Below are positions 9,680-16,466 of a stretch of DNA of 41,584 bases, piece after piece; the first letter of the stretch is position 1; every line of letters starts with the position of its first letter. The stretch is from Dyadobacter sp. (GTDB lineage Bacteria; Bacteroidota; Bacteroidia; Flavobacteriales; Flavobacteriaceae), in contig JBQGDD010000008.1 of the NCBI GenBank assembly GCA_052038845.1, positions 1 to 41,584 of the forward strand. Reading direction: 5' to 3'. The position numbers and the translations under genes were made by a program. Under the pieces are notes generated by a model that was not told the origin of the DNA, ran no database searches, and saw only the letters and a program-made list of their open reading frames with translations.

Positions 9680-10250
9680 GTTTTTTCAGAAAAGGTTTTC
9701 AACATTTACTATATACAACAAAAAAAGATTTTTTAAAATTAAATAAAAATGATGATGATTATTGCGTGTTGATAATGGGTATAAGTTTTATTGTAATGTT
9801 AGGTTTTGGTATTTATACAATGTTATACAAAGGTATTAACAACGTTAAAAAAATGTAAAGTACTGTATTTAAACTTTTAGACTGTTTTCTGAAAAAGGTT
9901 ATTAACAATGGTTAATTAGTTATTTTGATACAAAACTATTGAAAATTGTTCCTATTAATTCCTGTTAATAAATCCTGCAAAGCATTTGATAAAAAAATGT
10001 AAAATACACGAAACTTTATTTGCATATCTCAATCACGTTTTTGTTTAGAAAAATTTTCTTCAGTTCCCTAACAAAGCTTTCTTTTTTCATCTTTACTTAT
10101 TAACATAATTTGTTAATTTATAACTCCTTTATTTTCAATCTATTTTTATAGTTATCAACACTGTAGTATTTTAACATATTTAATGCTATATTATAAACCT
10201 GCTTTGCCCTAATAAACTAATTACCAAACCATTATACAATATCCTTTTTG
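9680..10250. other. Candidate chromosomal replication origin (oriC)
   Basis: Longest ORF-free gap in the window and very AT-rich. It carries six exact TTWTYAACA boxes (9696+, 9767-, 9899+, 9963-, 10097+, 10152+) plus degenerate ones, and an AT-tract/NAN-trio/GCG/tandem-box module at 9721-9784. Confidence 0.7.
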
Positions 10251-10255
10251 TTTGG

Positions 10256-10263
10256 TAACTTTG
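10256..10263 (+). promoter_or_regulatory. Bacteroidetes -7 promoter box for rpiB
   Basis: TAACTTTG, 33 nt upstream of the ATG. Confidence 0.6.
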
Positions 10264-10296
10264 CCCCGAAAAATAACAACATAACTATATACAGCA

Positions 10297-10725
10297 ATGA
10301 AAATTTCGATAGGTAATGACCATGCAGGGCCAGATTATAAACAGGCTATTGTAAAACATCTTGAAAGCAAAGGATTTGAAATTATAAACCACGGAACCGA
10401 CACTTTTGACAGTGTAGATTACCCGGATTTTGTTCACCCGGTTGCTAATGATGTAGCCAATGGAACAGCCGATTTAGGCATCATAATATGTGGCAGCGGC
10501 AACGGCGTAGCAATGACAGCGAACAAACACCAAAAAATTAGGGCGGCACTATGCTGGACAAAAGAAATTGCTGCACTGGCACGCCAGCATAATGATGCTA
10601 ACATAATAAGCATCCCTGCGCGTTATACCTCTATACAGCAAGCGGTAGAAATGGCAGATACTTTTTTAAACACCGCTTTTGAAGGCGGAAGGCACCAAAA
10701 CAGGGTTAATAAAATACCCTGCTAA
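10297..10725 (+). CDS. rpiB: Ribose-5-phosphate isomerase B
   Basis: GNDHAG, SVDYPDF, CGSGNG, ANK..IRAA, ARQHNDAN, FEGGRH..RV. Confidence 0.97.
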   Translation: MKISIGNDHAGPDYKQAIVKHLESKGFEIINHGTDTFDSVDYPDFVHPVANDVANGTADLGIIICGSGNGVAMTANKHQKIRAALCWTKEIAALARQHNDANIISIPARYTSIQQAVEMADTFLNTAFEGGRHQNRVNKIPC

Positions 10726-10737
10726 AAAAATTCAGTT

Positions 10738-11643
10738 TTGAGCGAACACAGTAGGATACATAAGCATAATGTAGAAGGAAAAAACCTGTTGATATCCATA
10801 TTGCTGAATATAGCAATAACAATAGCACAGGTTATAGGGGGATTTATATCCGGCAGCCTCGCGTTAATATCAGATGCGCTGCACAATTTTACCGATGTAA
10901 TTTCGCTCATAATAAGCTATGTGGCACACAAGCTGTCACGAAAAAAAGCGACTACAACACAAACCTTTGGGCTAAAACGCTCAGAGCTTATAGCGGCATT
11001 TATTAATGCACTCACGCTGGTTGTAGTCGCTTTTTATTTGATATACGAGGCTACCGTACGCTTTTTCGAACCCGTGTTTATAGCGCCCGGCATAGTAATA
11101 TGGATGGCGGTTGCAGGCATAGCCGTTAACGGATTTTCGGTACTGCTGTTAAAAAAAGATGCCGACCATAACCTGAACATGAAATCGGCTTACCTGCACC
11201 TGCTTACTGATATGCTGGCATCTGTAGCCGTACTCATTGGCGGGCTGATGATGAAGTATTTCCAGACCTACTGGGTAGACAGCGTTATGACGCTGCTTAT
11301 AGCCCTGTACCTGATAGTAGTAGGCGCAGATATTTTAAAACGCTCGCTAAAAATGCTGATGCTCTTTACCCCCGAGCATATAGATATTAAAGAAATAGTA
11401 AGGGAAGTACACAAAATACCCGGCGTAAACAAACTGCACCACATACATGTTTGGCACTTAAATGAAGAAGAACTGCACCTGGAAGCCCACCTGGACTGTA
11501 CAAATGATATTACCATGTCGCAGTTTAATGTACTGCTGGACGAGATTGAAGAACTCCTGTACCAAAAATTCGATATTAACCACGTTAACATCCAGCCCGA
11601 ATTTAAAAAAGAAGATCCAAAGGATTTTATTGTTCAGGATTAG
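10738..11643 (+). CDS. Cation diffusion facilitator (CzcD/ZitB-like) transporter
   Basis: SGSLALISDALHNFTD, NMKSAYLHLLTD, HHIHVW; TTG start, exact start uncertain. Confidence 0.93.
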   Translation: MSEHSRIHKHNVEGKNLLISILLNIAITIAQVIGGFISGSLALISDALHNFTDVISLIISYVAHKLSRKKATTTQTFGLKRSELIAAFINALTLVVVAFYLIYEATVRFFEPVFIAPGIVIWMAVAGIAVNGFSVLLLKKDADHNLNMKSAYLHLLTDMLASVAVLIGGLMMKYFQTYWVDSVMTLLIALYLIVVGADILKRSLKMLMLFTPEHIDIKEIVREVHKIPGVNKLHHIHVWHLNEEELHLEAHLDCTNDITMSQFNVLLDEIEELLYQKFDINHVNIQPEFKKEDPKDFIVQD

Positions 11644-11684
11644 ATTTTCTACTCAAAAACCCTTTATTTACAGTGCTTAGGCAC

Positions 11685-11705
11685 AAATGTCGTAAAAATG
11701 ACGTA
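11685..11705 (+). promoter_or_regulatory. Direct repeat, putative operator upstream of the XRE gene
   Basis: AAATGTCGTA (11685-11694) and AAATGACGTA (11696-11705), 11-bp period, upstream of two TAnnTTTG boxes at 11727 and 11739. Confidence 0.45.
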
Positions 11706-11771
11706 GCAAAACCGCTATCAAAAAAGTACCTTTGCCTCTACTTTTGCCTTATAACTTAAAAACATGAAAGT

Positions 11772-12335
11772 ATGGAAACTGTAGGTAAAAAAATCGCTGA
11801 CATTCGTAAACAAAAAGGACTAACCCAGGAAGAACTTGCCGAAAGCGCGGGCATAAACCTGCGCACTTTACAGCGCATAGAAAAGAACGAAAACGAACCC
11901 CGGGGCAACACCCTCCAGTCGCTTTGCGGTGTGCTCGATATTAATATTGAGAACATTGTTGACTATGGCAAAACAGAAAACAAAAGCTATATCATGTTTA
12001 TGTACCTTTCGGTACTGTCGGGAATTGTATTGCCGTTAGGCAACATTATTTTACCACTTATTTTATGGCTTAATAATAAAGACAAAATACTAAATGTACA
12101 AAAGCACGGAGCTATTATCCTCAATTTCCAGATACTGTACACCATAGTGTCGTGGGCAATACTGGGTGTAGGTATATACAATAAAATAATGCATAAACCC
12201 TACGGTCACCAATTCCTTTTGGCATCTGTAGCTGTTGGGTTTGCTAACTATTTATATGCCGTTATAGTAACCATTATGATTAGCAAAGGCAGTACCAAAA
12301 ACTTTTACCCGGTTCCGGTAAGGATTATAAAGTGA
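11772..12335 (+). CDS. XRE-family HTH regulator fused to a DUF4870-like membrane domain
   Basis: IRKQKGLTQEELAESAGINLRTLQRIE..E.EPR HTH, followed by TM helices with GNIILPLILW and LNFQI. Confidence 0.87.
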   Translation: METVGKKIADIRKQKGLTQEELAESAGINLRTLQRIEKNENEPRGNTLQSLCGVLDINIENIVDYGKTENKSYIMFMYLSVLSGIVLPLGNIILPLILWLNNKDKILNVQKHGAIILNFQILYTIVSWAILGVGIYNKIMHKPYGHQFLLASVAVGFANYLYAVIVTIMISKGSTKNFYPVPVRIIK

Positions 12336-12372
12336 GATTAAATAAATTGTACTCACTTAAATATTAAAGAAA

Positions 12373-13299
12373 TTAACCAGCAAGAGCATAATGATTCGTT
12401 CCAGCTATATCCTTATAGGTTGGACTACCATCGAGAAAGCCAACAAATCTAATTGACTTTTTTTCAGGGTCAATTTCTACTTGATAAAAATATCTTGATT
12501 TTATTGCAATTTCGCTTCTTGTTCTTTTATCAATAGTTATTTTTAAATCATCAGTACGAAAACCTGCAAAATGGCCATAGCTAGAAAAAGGTAGATCAGA
12601 GAGAATTTCTATTTTCTCACCAATACTAGGCTTAAAGATATGTTTAACTGTTGAGGGGAGTAAAAATGGTCTTAGTATTTCTAAGTTTTCAGATTTAATT
12701 TTTGAAGAAATAATTTTTTGATATTTTTCTCTAGATTCAAGTGTGTTATAACCTACAAGTTCATAATTGGCTCTATGTATTGATTTTTTAACATTATCTA
12801 CTTGTTCAACAGATGACTTTATAGACTGAATAATTTCTGTTTTTTCATCTTCATTTATTGCTTTAGAAGAATTTCTTATTGCCCTAACAAGTTTGAGAAA
12901 AAAATCATCAAACCCATTTGATATAAATTTTATTCTATTTTCATTAGGTAATACTACTTCTTTAGATAAATCAGAATAAAGAAGTTCATTTAGTTCCACA
13001 GGTAAATCACATTCTTTGTATTTAATAGGTATTATTTTCTGTATTAATCCAGTTCTATGATTATTTAATGCCTTTTTAAGTTCATATTTTACCCAATCTG
13101 ATTCGATTGATGCAGGTGACAATATAATGACTAAATGGGAGGAATTATCAAGTGCATTTTCTAATTTACTTATCAACCTATCACCTAAATCCAGTTGATC
13201 TTCATCTAGCCAAACATCAATACTATTTTCAATTAAACAATCTTTAAGTGTTCTTACAAATTTTTTGTCTTTACTACTATGTGATATGAAAACTTTCAT
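12373..13299 (-). CDS. TIR domain-containing protein
   Basis: VFISHSSKDK, VWLD, LVIILSPASIESDWVKYEL (catalytic-position Glu), IIPI, LP.EL..LLY.D; C-terminal half is not a family I can name with certainty. Confidence 0.9.
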   Translation of the reverse strand: MKVFISHSSKDKKFVRTLKDCLIENSIDVWLDEDQLDLGDRLISKLENALDNSSHLVIILSPASIESDWVKYELKKALNNHRTGLIQKIIPIKYKECDLPVELNELLYSDLSKEVVLPNENRIKFISNGFDDFFLKLVRAIRNSSKAINEDEKTEIIQSIKSSVEQVDNVKKSIHRANYELVGYNTLESREKYQKIISSKIKSENLEILRPFLLPSTVKHIFKPSIGEKIEILSDLPFSSYGHFAGFRTDDLKITIDKRTRSEIAIKSRYFYQVEIDPEKKSIRFVGFLDGSPTYKDIAGTNHYALAG

Positions 13300-13394
13300 A
13301 ACTAAAATATTTATTTTACTAACCTACAAAATTTTCTTTAACATTTTACACCTCCCAAACTTTTTTGCCACCTTTGCAGTAATAACCACAAAGC

Positions 13395-15518
13395 ATGACA
13401 AAAACTGATTATATATCGGGGCAGGTAGCTGCCTTGCCCAAAAGTATAGACGCAACACTGCAGTTACTGGCAGAAGACTGTACCATACCCTTTATTGCCC
13501 GTTACCGTAAAGACCGCACCGGCAACCTCGATGAGGTAGTAATAGAGCAGATAGCCAAACTAAACCAAGGCTATGATGCCCTTATAAAGCGAAAAAAAGC
13601 CATTGTAAAGGCTATTGACGAGCAGGGAGCACTTACCCCCGAACTTGCAGAGAAAATCAACAGGAGCTTTGATACTAACGAACTGGAAGATTTATACCTT
13701 CCGTTTAAAAAAGGGCGCAAAACAAAAGCCGACAACGCCCGCGAAAACGGACTGGAGCCACTGGCAAAAATTATCATGGCGCAAAACGCCGATGATGTTG
13801 ATTTTATAGCCTCTAAATACCTCAACAATAAGGTAACCAACGAAGACGAAGCACTACAGGGCGCACGCGATATTATAGCCGAGTGGATTAACGAGAATGT
13901 GTACATCCGAAAAAGCCTGCGCCGCATTTTTGGGCGCAAGGCTGCCATTACCACCAAAGTAGTAAAAGCACAAAAAGACGAAGAAAAAGCACAGAAATTC
14001 AGCCAGTATTTCGACTGGAGCGAAAATTTGGCAAAGGCTCCCTCCCACCGCCTGCTCGCCATACTCCGCGCCGAAAACGAAGGCTTTATTAAATTCAAAA
14101 TAGAAATAGATAACGATGAGGCAATTGACCTTATGGAGCAGTCGGTTATCAAAAACAACAGGGACACCGCGACCCACCTTAAAAAAGCCATAGCCGACAG
14201 TTACAAACGCCTTTTGGCACCCGCCATAAGCAACGAGGTACTGCAGGAAGCCAAGGCTAAGGCCGATGCGGTTGCCATTCAGGTTTTTGCAGGTAATTTA
14301 GGGCAGCTATTATTAGAGCCGCCACTGGGCGAAAAGCGCATACTCGCCATAGACCCCGGCTACCGTACGGGGTGTAAAGTAGTATGCCTGGATGAAAAAG
14401 GCGACCTGCTGTATAACGAAACTATTTTTCCGCACCCGCCGCAAAAAGAAGCGGCTATTGCCATGAAAAAAATACGCTCTATGGTTAATGCCTACAAAGT
14501 TGACGCAATATCGATAGGCAACGGCACAGCAGGGCGCGAAACCGAGTTTTTCATTAAAAAAATAGCCTGGGATAAACCCGTGCAGGTATTTGTGGTTAAT
14601 GAAGCGGGCGCATCGGTATATTCGGCATCAAAAATTGCAAGGGACGAATTTCCCAATTATGATGTTACCGTTCGGGGTGCAGTGTCCATTGGGCGGAGGC
14701 TCAGCGACCCCCTAGCCGAACTGGTCAAAATAGACCCTAAAGCCATAGGCGTAGGTCAGTACCAGCACGATGTCGACCAAAGCAAACTAAAAGAAGAACT
14801 GGATACCGTAGTAATGCGCTGTGTAAATGCTGTGGGCGTAAACATTAACACGGCAAGCAAATCATTATTGGCATATGTGTCGGGCATAGGCGAAAAGCTC
14901 GCCGAAAACATTGTTGCCTACCGCAGCGATAACGGTCCGTTTACAGAGCGTAAGCAGCTTAAAAAAGTACCAAGGCTGGGGGAAAAAGCATACCAGCAGG
15001 CGGCGGCGTTTATACGTATCCCGAATGCTGTAAATCCGTTAGATAACAGTGCGGTTCACCCGGAGGCCTACCCCATAGTTGAAAAAATGGCGAAAGACCT
15101 TAAGTTAAAGACATCAGAACTGATATCCAACAAAGAAGCGATTGCCAAAATAACTATTGCCGATTATACAACAGAAGATATTGGCGAACTGACATTAAAA
15201 GACATACTGAAAGAACTTGAAAAACCGGGGCTTGACCCACGAAAATCGGCTAAAGTGTTTGAGTTCGACCCTAACGTGAAAACTATTGCCAACCTAAAAA
15301 CAGGTATGGTGCTACCGGGTATTGTGAACAACATTACTAATTTTGGCTGCTTTGTAGATATCGGCATTAAGGAAAGCGGATTGGTGCATATCTCGCAGCT
15401 TAAAGAAGGCTTTGTAAGCGATGTAAATGAGGTAGTAAAGCTAAACCAGCATGTACAGGTAAAAGTCATCGAAATTGACGAACCCAGAAAGCGTATTCAG
15501 TTGAGTATGATTTTGTAA
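13395..15518 (+). CDS. tex: Tex family RNA-binding transcriptional accessory protein
   Basis: TIPFIARYRKD.TG.LDE, AIDPGYRTGCK, EAGASVYSAS, IGVGQYQHDV, HhH motifs, C-terminal S1. Confidence 0.96.
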   Translation: MTKTDYISGQVAALPKSIDATLQLLAEDCTIPFIARYRKDRTGNLDEVVIEQIAKLNQGYDALIKRKKAIVKAIDEQGALTPELAEKINRSFDTNELEDLYLPFKKGRKTKADNARENGLEPLAKIIMAQNADDVDFIASKYLNNKVTNEDEALQGARDIIAEWINENVYIRKSLRRIFGRKAAITTKVVKAQKDEEKAQKFSQYFDWSENLAKAPSHRLLAILRAENEGFIKFKIEIDNDEAIDLMEQSVIKNNRDTATHLKKAIADSYKRLLAPAISNEVLQEAKAKADAVAIQVFAGNLGQLLLEPPLGEKRILAIDPGYRTGCKVVCLDEKGDLLYNETIFPHPPQKEAAIAMKKIRSMVNAYKVDAISIGNGTAGRETEFFIKKIAWDKPVQVFVVNEAGASVYSASKIARDEFPNYDVTVRGAVSIGRRLSDPLAELVKIDPKAIGVGQYQHDVDQSKLKEELDTVVMRCVNAVGVNINTASKSLLAYVSGIGEKLAENIVAYRSDNGPFTERKQLKKVPRLGEKAYQQAAAFIRIPNAVNPLDNSAVHPEAYPIVEKMAKDLKLKTSELISNKEAIAKITIADYTTEDIGELTLKDILKELEKPGLDPRKSAKVFEFDPNVKTIANLKTGMVLPGIVNNITNFGCFVDIGIKESGLVHISQLKEGFVSDVNEVVKLNQHVQVKVIEIDEPRKRIQLSMIL

Positions 15519-15520
15519 TC

Positions 15521-15597
15521 GGGTTGCGGGTTAAGAGTTGCGGGTTATGGGTTAAGAGTTAGAAGACTTATGACTTTCGGCTTTCAAACTTTGGACT
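15521..15597. repeat. Degenerate 7-bp tandem array (11 contiguous units)
   Basis: GGGTTGC GGGTTAA GAGTTGC GGGTTAT GGGTTAA GAGTTAG then AAGACTT ATGACTT TCGGCTT TCAAACT TTGGACT. Confidence 0.75.
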
Positions 15598-15600
15598 CAA

Positions 15601-15680
15601 AGAGAGATTCCTCAATTTCGCTGCGCTGCATTCGGAATGGAGCACAGTCTTCCATTTCGACAGTAGGGAGAAATCTCTCT
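15601..15680. repeat. REP-like long imperfect palindrome
   Basis: Outer arms AGAGAGATTCCTC / GAGAAATCTCTCT and inner arms TCGGAATGGA / TCCATTTCGA; flanked by the direct repeat TATGACTTTCGG (15569-15580, 15680-15691). Confidence 0.7.
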
Positions 15681-15719
15681 ATGACTTTCGGTTTCAAACT
15701 TGACTAAATTCGTTAAACT

Positions 15720-15754
15720 AAAAAAGTGCTTTAAGTATTACTTAAAGCACTTTT
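15720..15754. terminator. Bidirectional terminator between tex and tatA
   Basis: AAAAGTGCTTTAAGT-att-ACTTAAAGCACTTTT perfect inverted repeat with A/T tails. Confidence 0.8.
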
Positions 15755-15776
15755 CGGGGGATAAAAACCCCTGAGT

Positions 15777-15923
15777 TTAAGGCTGGTCGTCTTTCGCAGC
15801 TTTTTTAAACTCTTTAAGGCCGGAACCCAATCCCTTCATCAATTCAGGAACTTTCTTTCCGCCAAATAACAGCAAAACAGCCATGATAATTACCAGCCAT
15901 TCGCCTAATCCTAATTTTCCCAT
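15777..15923 (-). CDS. tatA: Twin-arginine translocase TatA/TatE subunit (48 aa; start revised from the ORF track)
   Basis: [37 protein letters not shown]; a TAATTTTG promoter box at 15953-15960 (minus) lies inside the track's longer ORF, favouring the ATG at 15923. Confidence 0.9.
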   Translation of the reverse strand: MGKLGLGEWLVIIMAVLLLFGGKKVPELMKGLGSGLKEFKKAAKDDQP

Positions 15924-16009
15924 AATACAATGTATTATATTAATAATTAAAGCAAAATTAGTAATAAATTGGTTCTGTAATATCAAATTACAATGCAATA
16001 TTTTATAAC

Positions 16010-16044
16010 AAAAAAAACCTTTCCAGTATTACCGAAAAGGGTTT
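16010..16044 (-). terminator. Probable terminator after the upstream tatA
   Basis: Imperfect AAACCTTT / AAAGGGTTT hairpin with an A8 run at 16010-16017 (U-tract on the minus strand). Confidence 0.55.
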
Positions 16045-16064
16045 AGCACTATAATAAAATATTA

Positions 16065-16286
16065 CTATAATTTATTTTCTTCCTGTTGTGACTGTTGTGG
16101 TTTTCTTGATGGTGCATGGTTAGGCTCATCATCTTTCGCAGCATTTTTAAACTCCTTTAAACCGGAGCCCAGCCCTTTCATTAATTCCGGAATTTTTCTT
16201 CCTCCGAAAAGCAGCAGTAAAACTACTACTATCAATATAACCTGCGGTACTCCAACCATACCTAAAAATATGTGTAATGCATTCAT
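16065..16286 (-). CDS. tatA: Twin-arginine translocase TatA/TatE subunit
   Basis: [25 protein letters not shown]; TATATTTG promoter box at 16309-16316 (minus). Confidence 0.92.
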   Translation of the reverse strand: MNALHIFLGMVGVPQVILIVVVLLLLFGGRKIPELMKGLGSGLKEFKNAAKDDEPNHAPSRKPQQSQQEENKL

Positions 16287-16466
16287 AACTTTAAGAGTAT
16301 TTATTATACAAATATACGAAGAAATCGTACTGAAGGTTTAATATGGCCTTTTTTTTACCGTTAAAGTTAGTTAAAAGGTTTTCGCGCCAGCATATTAGCA
16401 CTGTTAGGCAATAAAAAATATCCTTAAAAGTTAACAATCATTATATTTGTGCTATAATATGTTACT

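Noticed and set aside
9680-10296. parS palindrome, IHF consensus or a small ORF/ncRNA in the AT-rich gap
   Set aside because: I found no TGTTTCACGTGAAACA-like site, no clean WATCAANNNNTTR match and no GC-rich stems by eye; the track has no ORF here.
12330-12358. AAGTGAG/CTCACTT inverted repeat between the XRE and TIR genes as terminator or insertion scar
   Set aside because: Only 7 bp with a 15-nt loop and no U-tract; too weak to call.
12373-13299. Calling the TIR gene a complete Thoeris system
   Set aside because: No ThsA-type (SIR2/SLOG or Macro-TM) effector is adjacent; only a lone TIR can be supported.
13571-14191. 206-aa antisense ORF inside tex, and the many other shadow ORFs in glnS, rnr, rfb genes and purD
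   Set aside because: Antisense or alternate-frame to well-supported genes, with no recognisable motifs.
15521-15705. Possible CRISPR array
   Set aside because: Only two imperfect ~26-29 bp repeats plus 7-bp units; no constant repeat-spacer period and no cas genes.
15924-15998. N-terminal extension of the short tatA in the track
   Set aside because: Non-ATG start, atypical sequence, and it contains the TAATTTTG promoter box.
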